Shown: positions 8,870 through 18,524, numbered from the stretch's first letter. The stretch is 64,000 nt of DNA from an uncultured Acidobacteriota bacterium (GCA_963724825.1 CAVRWT010000003.1:183807-247806); one strand, 5' to 3'. A program made the numbers and translations. The notes: generated by a model not told the origin, from the sequence alone.

Positions 8870-10504
8870 ATGGGCGTGTCTGCCCTGCTCCAGCCCAGTT
8901 TCGACGAGCTCTCCACACCGCTCTACGCAGTCACCTTCTGCGTGCTCGACCTGGAGACCACCGGCGGCTCGGCCAAGGACTGCGCCATCACCGAGATCGG
9001 GGCGGTCAAGTACCGGAGTGGCGAACTGCTGGGCAGTTTCCAGACTCTGGTGGACCCCGGGCTCCCGATCCCTCCCTCGATCACCATCCTCACCGGGATT
9101 TCGGAGGCAATGGTCTTCAACGCTCCCAAGATCGAAACCGCGCTCCCCTCCTTCCTCGAATTCATCGGGGACGCCGTGGTTGTAGGGCACAACGTGCGGT
9201 TCGACATGTCGTTCCTCCAGGCCGCCGCCGGGCGGTTGGGCTATGAGCGCATCGCCAACGACACGGTCGACACCGCCGCCCTGGCCCGCCGCCTGGTTCG
9301 CGACGAGGTGCGAAACCTCAGGCTGCGGACCCTGGCCGCCCACTTCAGGAGCCCGGTGACCCCAATCCACAGGGCTCTCGACGACGCCGAGGCAACCGCC
9401 CATGTGCTCCACGCCCTCCTCGAGAGAGTGGGCAACCTCGGAGTCACCAACCTCGATGACCTACTCCAGCTCCCCAAGGCCCGGGGCTCCGCCTTCTACT
9501 CAAAGATCAGTCTCAGCGAAGGGCTCCCCCGGCGCCCCGGGGTTTACATCTTCCGGGACCGCCACGGCACCCCGATCTACGTCGGCAAGGCGACCAATCT
9601 CCGAGCCCGGGTCCGCCAGTACTTCTACGGCGACGAGCGACGCTCGATTGGGAACTTGATGCGCGAATTGGTGTCGATCGACCATGTGGTCTGCGAGACG
9701 CCGCTCGAGGCCGAGGTCACCGAGTTGAGGCTGATTCATGCCCATCGGCCCCGGCACAACCGGAGGTCGAGGCCGCCGAAGACCTCCCACTGGGTGAAGC
9801 TGACCCGCGAGCCGTTTCCCCGACTTTCCGTGGTTCGCACCCTCAAGGAGGATGGTCTGGCCCATCTCGGGCCATTTCGCTCGAAACAGGCAGCCGACCT
9901 CGTAGTGACTGCCCTGTGGGACGCAACGGCGATTCGCCGATGCCGATCCTCGCCCTCGAAACGAAGCGGCCCGTGCGCGGCGGCACAACTCGGCGTAGCC
10001 GCCTGTCCCTGCGACGGCTCGCTGCTCCCCGGCGACTACCGGCCGATCGTCGAGCAGCTCATCGAAGGCCTCGACCGTGATCCTGCCCTTCTCCTGACCC
10101 CACTGGCCGAGAAGATGGGCCAACTTGCGGATCAACATCGATACGAGGAGGCAGGCTGGCTGCGGGACCGCCACAACGCCCTTTCGCGGGCGATCGAGCG
10201 TCGCCAGGTCTGGTCCGCCCTCAGTGCCATCGGGCTCTGTGAGCTGGAGAGTCGCGACGGCTGCCGGGTGTTGATCGACCACGGGAAGCTGGTGTCGACC
10301 TGGCGGCTGGATCGGACTCCGCCGCTGCGCCCGGCGCCCGAAATCGGCGAGCACGGCAACCGCCAGGTCCCGGAGAGTGTCGAGATCGCCGAGGAAGCCG
10401 ATCTCATTTGGAGGTGGCTCGACACCACCGAGATCCGGCTGGTCGATGCGACCGGGTTTCTGGCGCTCCCTGCTCATCAGGTTCCCCGACTCCGGGCCAG
10501 TTGA
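8870..10504 (+). CDS. DnaQ-like 3'-5' exonuclease (DEDDh) fused to GIY-YIG nuclease domain (Cho/UvrC-N-like)
   Basis: Exonuclease motifs 'FCVLDLETTG' and 'VVVGHNVRFDMSFL' are followed by the GIY-YIG motif 'GVYIFRDRHGTPIYVGKATNLRARVRQYF'. Confidence 0.75.
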   Translation: MGVSALLQPSFDELSTPLYAVTFCVLDLETTGGSAKDCAITEIGAVKYRSGELLGSFQTLVDPGLPIPPSITILTGISEAMVFNAPKIETALPSFLEFIGDAVVVGHNVRFDMSFLQAAAGRLGYERIANDTVDTAALARRLVRDEVRNLRLRTLAAHFRSPVTPIHRALDDAEATAHVLHALLERVGNLGVTNLDDLLQLPKARGSAFYSKISLSEGLPRRPGVYIFRDRHGTPIYVGKATNLRARVRQYFYGDERRSIGNLMRELVSIDHVVCETPLEAEVTELRLIHAHRPRHNRRSRPPKTSHWVKLTREPFPRLSVVRTLKEDGLAHLGPFRSKQAADLVVTALWDATAIRRCRSSPSKRSGPCAAAQLGVAACPCDGSLLPGDYRPIVEQLIEGLDRDPALLLTPLAEKMGQLADQHRYEEAGWLRDRHNALSRAIERRQVWSALSAIGLCELESRDGCRVLIDHGKLVSTWRLDRTPPLRPAPEIGEHGNRQVPESVEIAEEADLIWRWLDTTEIRLVDATGFLALPAHQVPRLRAS

Positions 10505-10546
10505 GCCTGACTTGAGTCTCCCCCATCAGACCATGAGACTTGATCC

Positions 10547-11191
10547 GTGGGTCGTCTCGTCGATCTCAACCAAATAGCGGTCTCCCTGGGCGGGCTCCCT
10601 GTCCTTCGCGACATCGAGCTCGCCGTCGATGCCGGCGAGACCCTCGGGGTGACCGGGCCCAACGGAGCGGGTAAGACCACCCTGCTTCGGGTTCTCGCCA
10701 CGCTCCTGGCGCCTGCCACCGGCTCCGGGACCGTCCTGGGAGCCGAGCTGGGCACGGCTGCCGTCTATCCGGTTCGTCCTCGAATCGGGTTGCTCTCCCA
10801 TCGACCTGCCCTGATCCCCGAGCTGACCCTCGCCGAGAACCTGCGTCACGCCGCCAACCTCTCTGGCATCGAGTTCAGCAAGGCCGAAACCGCGTTGCGG
10901 GTGGTTGGCCTGGACGAGGTGTCTTCGAGGACGGCGGCCGCCAGCTCGTTCGGCATGCTGAGAAGGACTGAGGTCGCTCGGCTCTTGATCACCTCCCCCA
11001 CGATCCTCCTCCTCGACGAGCCGTTCACCGGGTTGGATCTCGAGGCCCAAGAGCTAATCGGGGCCCTCGCCGCTCGGACCACCTCGGGAGGCGGGGCCGT
11101 TGTGATGGTGTCCCACGACTTGGGTCAACTGGCTTCCCACACCAGCCGCTTGCTCACTATTTCCCTGGGCAGGTTGGAGCACGCATCGTGA
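10547..11191 (+). CDS. ccmA: Heme exporter ATP-binding protein CcmA
   Basis: Walker A 'GPNGAGKTT' and Walker B 'LLLDEPFTGLD'; first gene of a ccm cluster. Confidence 0.8.
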   Translation: MGRLVDLNQIAVSLGGLPVLRDIELAVDAGETLGVTGPNGAGKTTLLRVLATLLAPATGSGTVLGAELGTAAVYPVRPRIGLLSHRPALIPELTLAENLRHAANLSGIEFSKAETALRVVGLDEVSSRTAAASSFGMLRRTEVARLLITSPTILLLDEPFTGLDLEAQELIGALAARTTSGGGAVVMVSHDLGQLASHTSRLLTISLGRLEHAS

Positions 11192-11862
11192 GCTTTTGGA
11201 GTCAGACCAAGGAGATCGCACGTGTCGACCTCAAAGTCGAGCGACGCCTCGGGGACACGATGCGCATCGTTCTCCCGTTTGCGGTGGTCGCCCTCCTGGT
11301 GTTCCCCCTCACCCTCGGCGTTGACCTATCGGCCATTTCGCGACTCGGTCCCGCTGTCTTCTGGGCGATCGGGATCCTCTTCGGCATGCAGGTAGCTCTT
11401 CGCCAGGCCGCACACGACGATCAGGAGCGCAGAGACCTCTATGCCCTCCTCGGCGTGGACCCCGCAGCCCGCTTCGTGGGGCGGACCTTGTCGGGGGCAG
11501 TCCTGATGTCCGGATTCCTTGGAGTGTTGTTGGTGGCGATGATCGCCCTCTACAGCCCCGACCTTCCTGCTGGCTGGCTGGGCCCGGTGTTGCTCACGTC
11601 GATCCTGGTCGCAGTCGGGCTCACCGAGTTGGGGACCCTCGCCGGCGAGGTCACCGCCGACCTGCCCAACCGAGCAGGCCTGGCATCGCTGATCATCGCT
11701 CCGCTGGCATTACCCCTCGTCATCGGGGCATCTTCGACGCTGGAAGCAATGACGCGGGACGCCGGTATCCTCCCCTGGATATTGATCCTGGTCGCAACCG
11801 ACCTGGCGCTCGCGGTGGCGGGTGTTGGCCTGGCACGACCGCTCGAGGAGGCGTCAAGATGA
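11188..11862 (+). CDS. ccmB: Heme exporter protein CcmB
   Basis: 224-aa polytopic membrane protein whose start overlaps the ccmA stop; position is conserved in ccm operons. Confidence 0.7.
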   Translation: MSFWSQTKEIARVDLKVERRLGDTMRIVLPFAVVALLVFPLTLGVDLSAISRLGPAVFWAIGILFGMQVALRQAAHDDQERRDLYALLGVDPAARFVGRTLSGAVLMSGFLGVLLVAMIALYSPDLPAGWLGPVLLTSILVAVGLTELGTLAGEVTADLPNRAGLASLIIAPLALPLVIGASSTLEAMTRDAGILPWILILVATDLALAVAGVGLARPLEEASR

Positions 11863-12569
11863 CACGGGTTAGGGTTTTGCTCGCCATCGCCGCCGCAGCC
11901 ATGGGCGTAGGCCTCTGGTTCGCCCTCAGTGCCCCCACAGACACGCTCCAGGGCGAGTTCACCCGGATCATCAACATCCATGCCCCGTCGATGTGGCTCG
12001 CCTTCCTGGCATTCGGATTGACCGCCCTCGGATCCGCAATCTGGCTCATCCGGAAGCAGAGTCGATGGGATCGACTGGCGGAGGCCTCCGCCGAGCTCGG
12101 CGTCATGTTCACCGCGATCGGCCTATTCAGCGGAATGGTCTGGGGCCAGGCGGTTTGGGGGCGGGCCTGGGACTGGGGCGATCCCCGCCTTTCCACTACG
12201 GCGGTGATGTTCTTCGTCTACATCGGCTACCTGGCACTGAGGGCGGCCACCCCTGACCCGACGGTGCGGGCAAGACGTTCGGCGATCCTCGGGATCATCG
12301 CCGTGGTCCAGGTCCCCTTGGTCTATTTCTCAGTCAACATGTTTCGCACTCTCCACCAGACGCAGTCGATTCGCCCCGACGGGATCACCATGCCTCGGGA
12401 GATGGCCATCGCCATCTTCGTGAACGTCATCGCCTTCACCATCGTCTACATCGCCCTTCTCGTGGCGAGGATCGACGTCGCCAAGGCCGAAGAGAGGGCG
12501 GCCGCTGATGTCGCGCTCGCCGGAGACACGGTCAAACCACCTCGCTTGTCGGAGGTCAAGGATGTCTGA
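11859..12569 (+). CDS. ccmC: Heme exporter protein CcmC
   Basis: Trp-rich WWD motif 'WGQAVWGRAWDWGDPRL'; 236 aa. Confidence 0.85.
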   Translation: MTRVRVLLAIAAAAMGVGLWFALSAPTDTLQGEFTRIINIHAPSMWLAFLAFGLTALGSAIWLIRKQSRWDRLAEASAELGVMFTAIGLFSGMVWGQAVWGRAWDWGDPRLSTTAVMFFVYIGYLALRAATPDPTVRARRSAILGIIAVVQVPLVYFSVNMFRTLHQTQSIRPDGITMPREMAIAIFVNVIAFTIVYIALLVARIDVAKAEERAAADVALAGDTVKPPRLSEVKDV

Positions 12570-12666
12570 TGAATTGATCGTGTTCGGGACGTTCCTGATC
12601 TCGTATGGCGTCATCGTCGGGTACGCCGCATATCTCCACCTCCGACGGCGCCGAGCCGGGAACTGA
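12562..12666 (+). CDS. ccmD: Heme exporter protein CcmD (about 34 aa, not in the ORF track)
   Basis: The ATG overlaps the ccmC stop (ATGTCTGATGA). It encodes 'MSDELIVFGTFLISYGVIVGYAAYLHLRRRRAGN', a single TM helix with a basic tail like CcmD. The exact stop is uncertain by about 1-3 nt from my reading. Confidence 0.55.
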   Translation: MSDELIVFGTFLISYGVIVGYAAYLHLRRRRAGN

Positions 12667-12669
12667 CCT

Positions 12670-13077
12670 GTGGCCCATCGCCGGTTCGTGCTTCTCGGCA
12701 TTGCCGGGGTGATCGCCATAGTGGTCGGGCTCACGGTCACCAGCCTCGGGGAGAACCTCACCTACTACCTCTACCCCACCGAGGCCGTTTCCCAGCGCGC
12801 CGACTTTCCCGACGGTGAGCGGTTTCGACTGGCGGGGACGGTTGTTGCCGGAACGATGACGGAGTCCGAGAACGAGGTGACCTTCGACGTGACCGATGGC
12901 GGCGCCACGGTTCCGGTGGTTCTCACCGAAGCCGCCCCTGATCTCCTCACCGAGGACGTCCCGGTGTTGCTCGAAGGCGCCTGGTCGGGAGATGAGTTCG
13001 TTGCCGACGACGTTCTGATCCGACACGACGAGAACTACGTGACCCCCGAGCAGGGCGGGGCCTACCCGGCCAACTGA
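12670..13077 (+). CDS. ccmE: Cytochrome c-type biogenesis heme chaperone CcmE
   Basis: N-terminal TM anchor followed by an OB-fold region. The heme-binding His motif 'VLIRHDENYV' matches LxxHDExY. Confidence 0.8.
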   Translation: MAHRRFVLLGIAGVIAIVVGLTVTSLGENLTYYLYPTEAVSQRADFPDGERFRLAGTVVAGTMTESENEVTFDVTDGGATVPVVLTEAAPDLLTEDVPVLLEGAWSGDEFVADDVLIRHDENYVTPEQGGAYPAN

Positions 13078-15095
13078 TGCTCTCCTTGCTCGGCACTCTG
13101 GGTGTCCTCGCCGCCCTCGTCGGGTCGCTGTTGCTCATCGTTCGCGGGATCTCCAACGCCAGGGGGCGGTCGGCGGATCTGGTCGGCCCGGGACGACTGA
13201 TGCTCGGTGGGGCGATTGCGGCGATGGCGGCGATGCAGATCGGCCTGCTCACCGACAACTTCACCCTCGCCTACATCGCGAACCATCACTCGACAACGAC
13301 ACCGTTCCCGTTCGATGTCGCGACCGCGTGGGCGGCCCTCGAGGGCTCGATCATCCTCTGGGGTCTGATCCTCGCCGGCTTCACCTGGGCCGTCCTCGGC
13401 AGATACCGACGCTTTCCCGACCCGTTGGGAGCAGCTGCCCTTGCGGTGTTGGGCGGTATCGGGATCTTCTTCTTCGGATTGATGATCACCGTCGCCAACC
13501 CATTCGAAGTCTGTGTCAGCGCCCTGACGTCGGGGTGCGGCGCCTCTAGCCCGTGGCCGCTTGCGGCCGCGGACGCACCACTCAACGGTCCGGGCCCCAA
13601 CCCGCTCCTTCAAAACCACATCCTGATGGCGATCCACCCGCCAATGCTCTACCTGGGATACGTGGGCCTCTCGGTGCCGTTTGCCTACGCCATCGGGGCA
13701 CTGGCGCTGGGGATGCCGGGGCCGGAGTGGCTCAGGCGCAGCCATCGCTCGACGCTGGTCGCCTGGTCCTTCCTCACCGTTGGCATCACACTCGGTGGAT
13801 GGTGGGCGTACGAGGTCCTCTCCTGGGGCGGATATTGGGCATGGGATCCGGTGGAGAACGCATCCTTGATGCCCTGGCTGATTGCCACCGCCTTTCTCCA
13901 TTCCGGTCTGGTCCAACAGCGGCGCGGCATGCTCCAGGCCTGGAATTTCGTCCTGGTGATCTCCGCGTTCTCATTGACCATCCTCGGGACGTTCCTCACC
14001 CGATCGGGGACCATCAACTCGGTCCATTCCTTCACCCAGTCTGCGATCGGGCCGGCCTTGCTCGGGTTCCTGGTCCTGGTGCTCGTCGGCTCGTTCGCCT
14101 TGTTCACGATGAGAGCGCACCTGGTCGCTTCCTCGCCCCGCATCGAGAACTTCGTATCCCGGGAGGGGCTGTTCCTGGTCAACAACCTCCTGCTGGCAGT
14201 CTTCGGGTTCGTGGTTCTGATCGGGACCACCTATCCCCTGCTGGTGGAGGCGTTCACCGGCACCCAGGTCGGGGTGGGTGAGCCGTTCTTCAACCGCCTC
14301 GCCGTGCCTCTCAGCTTCTTGCTCCTGTTGGTCATGGGCTTCGGCCCGGTAACGCCGTGGAGAGGGGCGCCGCCCGGGCTGTTGTGGCAGCGCCTGCGCT
14401 GGCCGGCGCTGCTCGCCCTCGCGGTCGGCGTCACCACCGCCACCCTGGTCACCAGGCTGGGTTGGGTGGTCCTGGCCGTGGTCTTGGGGACCTTCGTGGC
14501 CACCTCGATCATCGGGCTGCTGATCGAGATGACGTCCACCCGTGCCAGGAAGACCGGACTCTCGTTCTTCGCCGAAGTGAAGACGGTGGTCGGAGCCGAC
14601 CAACCCTTCTGGGCTGGACAGCTCAGCCATCTCGGAGTCGTCCTGGTGGCGATCGGCATCGCATTTGCCTCCAACCTGGCCAGTCACAGCACAGTGGATC
14701 TCGAGCCGGGTGACAGTGTCGACTTCGTCGGGTACACCATCACCTACGAGTCTCCGTTCCGACGGGTCGAGCCGAACCGGGTCGTCGAAGGAGCCCGGCT
14801 GACCATCATCAAGGGTGACCGGGTAGTGAGTGAGCTCGAGCCGAGGGTCAATCTCTACGGGCCGGACAGCTTCGCTGTCTTCACCCCGGCCGTGATGAGC
14901 AGGCCCGGAGGTGACCTCTACGTGACCCTCCGTTCACTTGATTCGACCCAGGTGAGTTTGAACCTGGATACCAGCCCGCTGGTGTGGATGCTCTGGCTGG
15001 GGGGTCTCACCACCGCGGCAGGAGGCGCCTGGTCGTTGGCCGCCCGAAGACGGGAACGAGCCACCGCGCTCGAGCGTCAAAGCGCCGATGTCTGA
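13077..15095 (+). CDS. ccmF: Cytochrome c-type biogenesis protein CcmF
   Basis: 672-aa polytopic protein with the WWD domain 'WGGYWAWDPVENASLMPWL'. Confidence 0.9.
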   Translation: MLSLLGTLGVLAALVGSLLLIVRGISNARGRSADLVGPGRLMLGGAIAAMAAMQIGLLTDNFTLAYIANHHSTTTPFPFDVATAWAALEGSIILWGLILAGFTWAVLGRYRRFPDPLGAAALAVLGGIGIFFFGLMITVANPFEVCVSALTSGCGASSPWPLAAADAPLNGPGPNPLLQNHILMAIHPPMLYLGYVGLSVPFAYAIGALALGMPGPEWLRRSHRSTLVAWSFLTVGITLGGWWAYEVLSWGGYWAWDPVENASLMPWLIATAFLHSGLVQQRRGMLQAWNFVLVISAFSLTILGTFLTRSGTINSVHSFTQSAIGPALLGFLVLVLVGSFALFTMRAHLVASSPRIENFVSREGLFLVNNLLLAVFGFVVLIGTTYPLLVEAFTGTQVGVGEPFFNRLAVPLSFLLLLVMGFGPVTPWRGAPPGLLWQRLRWPALLALAVGVTTATLVTRLGWVVLAVVLGTFVATSIIGLLIEMTSTRARKTGLSFFAEVKTVVGADQPFWAGQLSHLGVVLVAIGIAFASNLASHSTVDLEPGDSVDFVGYTITYESPFRRVEPNRVVEGARLTIIKGDRVVSELEPRVNLYGPDSFAVFTPAVMSRPGGDLYVTLRSLDSTQVSLNLDTSPLVWMLWLGGLTTAAGGAWSLAARRRERATALERQSADV

Positions 15096-16089
15096 GCGTC
15101 GGCTCAACACTCTTTTCATTGTCGCCATCGCCGTCCTGGCGGTAGCCCTTGGCTTCATGATCTCCACGCGGCCGGTCGACGTCGATCGTGCCCAGGAGAT
15201 AGGGGCCCGGATCAGGTGCCCGGTCTGCCAGGGCGAATCGATAGCCGACTCACCGTCGCAGATGGCGCAGGACATGATGGCCCTCATCACCGAGGAGGTA
15301 GCCCAGGGCGCCACCGACGCCCAGATCATCGATCAACTCCTCTCTTCGTACAGCGGCGCCGTCCTGCTCGACCCGCCGGCATCCGGGGCCACTCTCTGGC
15401 TCTGGCTTGCGCCGCTGGCCGCGATCGCAGTCGGGGTCACCGTCATCCTCTGGTGGCGGGGCCACCCCGGCACGAGCGAGGAGACGACCGCAGAGCCAAG
15501 AAGCAAGAAGCGCCTGCTCATAGGGGGCGTGCTCCTGGTGGCGATGTTTGCCGTCATCGTCGGTGTCGCCGGGAACTTCCTCCAAGAGCGTGAAGGAGCC
15601 ACGGAAGGGGTTGCCGATCTCGGCAACCAGGACCTCTCACAGGTGAGCAACGAGACGATGGAGGCGGTGATCGCAGCCAACCTCGACAACCCGCAGATCA
15701 ACGGGATGCGAATGGCCCTTGCCGAGCGTTACTACGAGGAGGGCGATTACCGGGCTGCTTTCCCCCACTATCTGGCCGTTGCGCAGAGTGAGACTGCGAC
15801 CAGCACCGAGGCCGCCGGGGCCCTCACCCGTCTCGGTTGGATGGCCTTCGAGGGCAACGGCGAAGTGGATACTGCCCTCAATCTCCTCGACCAGGCCCTG
15901 GCCATCGAACCCGACGCTCCGGTCGCCCTCTACCTGAAAGGGCGGGTCCAGTGGTGTGGGGCCGGGGACACCGAAGCCGCGATAGCCCTATTCGACGAGG
16001 TCCTCGCCAACCCGTCCTTGCCCGACGACTCACGAACCGAGATCGAGGCAGACCTGGAGCAGGCGACCGCCGGAGAGGCGTGCACATGA
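15088..16089 (+). CDS. ccmH: Cytochrome c-type biogenesis protein CcmH with C-terminal TPR (CcmI-like) domain
   Basis: 'RCPVCQGESIADSPSQMAQDM' matches the CcmH LRCxxCQ motif. A TM segment and a TPR-like C-terminus follow. Confidence 0.75.
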   Translation: MSERRLNTLFIVAIAVLAVALGFMISTRPVDVDRAQEIGARIRCPVCQGESIADSPSQMAQDMMALITEEVAQGATDAQIIDQLLSSYSGAVLLDPPASGATLWLWLAPLAAIAVGVTVILWWRGHPGTSEETTAEPRSKKRLLIGGVLLVAMFAVIVGVAGNFLQEREGATEGVADLGNQDLSQVSNETMEAVIAANLDNPQINGMRMALAERYYEEGDYRAAFPHYLAVAQSETATSTEAAGALTRLGWMAFEGNGEVDTALNLLDQALAIEPDAPVALYLKGRVQWCGAGDTEAAIALFDEVLANPSLPDDSRTEIEADLEQATAGEACT

Positions 16090-16131
16090 ACGGGCGCGTG
16101 TCTGAGGTGGGTCGGGATCGGCGTCATCGCC

Positions 16132-16680
16132 GTGACCGTGGTCCTCGCAGTGGTCCTTGCCTCTCGATTCGGGACCGACCCCGGGCTGGTCGACTCCCCG
16201 TTGATCGGGCACCCCGCGCCCGACTTCGACCTGGAGACGCTTGACGGGACCGGCCGGCTGGCGTTGGCCGACCTGAGTGGTGACATCGTCGTGGTGAACT
16301 TCTTTGCGTCCTGGTGTCTGGAATGCCGCAACGAGCACAGCGACCTGGTTGCAACCTCAGACTCGTTCGCCGAGGACGATGTCAGCTTCGTCCAGATCGC
16401 ATACCAAGAACAGCCCGAACAGTCCCTCGCCTACCTTGCCGAAGCCGGAACTTCACCGGCAACCACGTACCTGGCCGATCCCGGCAGCCGGACCGCCATC
16501 GCGTATGGCGTCTATGGCATCCCCGAGACCTTCTTCATCGACCCCGAAGGGACGGTTGTCGGAAAGATCATCGGCCAGGCCGACGCTTTGACCCTGGGTG
16601 CCACCATCGACGCAATCAAGAGAGGCGAGAAACCCGGCCAGCAGGTCACCGGCGACACCCAGCAGCGCCCCGACAGCTGA
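16132..16680 (+). CDS. ccmG: Thiol:disulfide interchange protein CcmG/DsbE (TlpA-like thioredoxin)
   Basis: Thioredoxin active site 'FFASWCLECRNEH'; the cis-Pro region 'YGVYGIPETFFID' follows. Confidence 0.8.
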   Translation: MTVVLAVVLASRFGTDPGLVDSPLIGHPAPDFDLETLDGTGRLALADLSGDIVVVNFFASWCLECRNEHSDLVATSDSFAEDDVSFVQIAYQEQPEQSLAYLAEAGTSPATTYLADPGSRTAIAYGVYGIPETFFIDPEGTVVGKIIGQADALTLGATIDAIKRGEKPGQQVTGDTQQRPDS

Positions 16681-16691
16681 CCTGCCATCGT

Positions 16692-18089
16692 TCAGTCGGG
16701 GCGGATGACCTCGACAGTCACCTCCTCGAAACTGGCCGTGTCCAAAGCAGCCGATCCCGTCTCCAACAAGAAGACATCGAAGAATCCGAGGACATAGCGA
16801 TCGACGATCGGGATCACCCTTCCGGCCGGAATGGTGCCGGTGAGCCCGAGTTGCTCGCTGATCGGCGACCAGAGTGGGGCCACGGTGAAGTCGCTCTGCA
16901 CGGTGCCATCCACTCCGATCCAATAGGTCACGTTCTCACTGCGCTCGGCGATGCCCCTGAGCACGGCGTCGTTCTCATTCGCCTGCCACTCCTCCGACCT
17001 CATGAACAGCGCCGGACGGGTGGCCGATGCCGAAATCGTGCGGTCAGGGATCGGCTCGACCCAGGGATCGAGGCCGAGCACGGCATCGCATCGCTCGTCC
17101 ACGAGGCAGACCTCGACCGCCGCCCCACCGCCGATCGAGTTTCCGTAGATGCCGATCTTGCTCACATCAGCGCTGGCGGCCAGGGCACCGAACGGTCCGT
17201 CACCTCCCAGGTCGAGGGCGTCCAGGATCGAGGTCAGGTCGGCAACGTAGACGTCCATGAGGTTGGCGCTGGCCTCCGCATACGCCTCCTCGCCGGCGTC
17301 CGCCTCGTCCGGGAGGGCCTCAGGGTCGTAGGGCACCACATCGCCATTCTCGAAACGGGTGGTCACCGCCGAGTAGGTGTGGTCGGGGGCAACGACGATG
17401 TAGCCGTGGCTGACCAGATTCTCGATCTGATTCACAGTGATCGCCCGGAAGCCGGTCCAGGCGTGGCTGTAGATCACAATGGGAAACGTGCCTTCGGCGA
17501 CAGGCAGTGACACCGTCGCGTGCGACGGCGTGTATCGGGTGTAATTGAGGAACCAGCCCGGATAGCCGAGCAGCAGTGAGAGCGCCGGTGCCACCACGTC
17601 CCAGTCCTCGGCCCACACGGTTGGCTCGACCTCGTTCGACGGCACGGCCGGGTACCAAACCTGGACTCGCAGCTTGCGAGGCCCACCGGGAACCGCCCCG
17701 TAGGTCTCCTGTCGGTCCACATCGACCAGATCGAAGGTCACGGTCCCAATTGCCTCCGGACCGGATGGCAAGGGAAGCTCGGGCACCGGAAGCACCAGGG
17801 GCAGGATCGCCGCCAGGCCAACACCTGCGACGCCGAAGATCCCACGAGCGATCCGACTCGTCCAATCCAATCGACGCTCGACGACGATGATGTCGCCGAT
17901 CGCAAGGCCGAGACAGACCCCGTAGAGCGGGAGCATCTGCCATCGCAGGCCCTCCACGCGCCAATGGACGATGAACAACACGAGAAGCACGAGAGCGACG
18001 ATTCCTCGCCGGGTGCGGACTCCGAAAACTGCCGGCCAGCCGACGGCAAACAGGGCGCCGAAGACCATGAGCAGTTCGAATCGCCTCAC
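16692..18089 (-). CDS. Membrane-anchored alpha/beta hydrolase (PAF-acetylhydrolase/lipase-like)
   Basis: N-terminal TM helices, then 'IYSHAWTG' and 'GNSIGG' serine-hydrolase-like motifs; 465 aa. Confidence 0.55.
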   Translation of the reverse strand: MRRFELLMVFGALFAVGWPAVFGVRTRRGIVALVLLVLFIVHWRVEGLRWQMLPLYGVCLGLAIGDIIVVERRLDWTSRIARGIFGVAGVGLAAILPLVLPVPELPLPSGPEAIGTVTFDLVDVDRQETYGAVPGGPRKLRVQVWYPAVPSNEVEPTVWAEDWDVVAPALSLLLGYPGWFLNYTRYTPSHATVSLPVAEGTFPIVIYSHAWTGFRAITVNQIENLVSHGYIVVAPDHTYSAVTTRFENGDVVPYDPEALPDEADAGEEAYAEASANLMDVYVADLTSILDALDLGGDGPFGALAASADVSKIGIYGNSIGGGAAVEVCLVDERCDAVLGLDPWVEPIPDRTISASATRPALFMRSEEWQANENDAVLRGIAERSENVTYWIGVDGTVQSDFTVAPLWSPISEQLGLTGTIPAGRVIPIVDRYVLGFFDVFLLETGSAALDTASFEEVTVEVIRPD

Positions 18090-18131
18090 CGGCGCCGCAA
18101 CCTCAGTTCTCCATCGATTCCGTCAGCAGGC

Positions 18132-18524
18132 TCAGCCCTGGGAGAGACGTCCCGGGATCTTGGTGCCTTGGTGGAAGATCACCTGCCAGCGACCTTCGTC
18201 CCTGACCCACACCGAGCTCCGTCGGGCTTCATTGCCTTCTCCAACCGAGCGATAGCTGACCAAGCAGACGTCCGCTGACAGCATCCGGGCATCGAAATCC
18301 CGAATCGTGATCTGCCCCGAGGTCTCCCGGTTCATCATCTTGATCATGGTGTCCCGGTCGTAGACCCGGCCCGAGCTCCCGAATTCCTTGAATTGGGAGT
18401 GGAGGAGCAGTTCAACCGCAACCCTGGAATGCCGGACCTCGGGGTCGAGGAGCATCCTCTCCAGATCGAGCAACTCGTTCTGAGATCTGGTCTGTTGTCG
18501 GCTGAGTCGGTTCTGGTCTGTCAT
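18132..18524 (-). CDS. SnoaL-like/DUF4440 (NTF2-fold) protein; start inferred at 'MTDQNRL'
   Basis: About 130-aa NTF2-like pattern. The upstream part of ORF 18132..18632 would overlap the divergent + gene. Confidence 0.45.
   Translation of the reverse strand: MTDQNRLSRQQTRSQNELLDLERMLLDPEVRHSRVAVELLLHSQFKEFGSSGRVYDRDTMIKMMNRETSGQITIRDFDARMLSADVCLVSYRSVGEGNEARRSSVWVRDEGRWQVIFHQGTKIPGRLSQG

Noticed and set aside
9500-10477. 325-aa minus-strand ORF
   Set aside because: Antisense to the exonuclease/GIY-YIG gene, whose + frame has clear catalytic motifs.
13062-14687. Several 180-280-aa minus-strand ORFs (13062..13916, 13685..14230, 13971..14687)
   Set aside because: Antisense or off-frame to ccmF, which carries the WWD signature.
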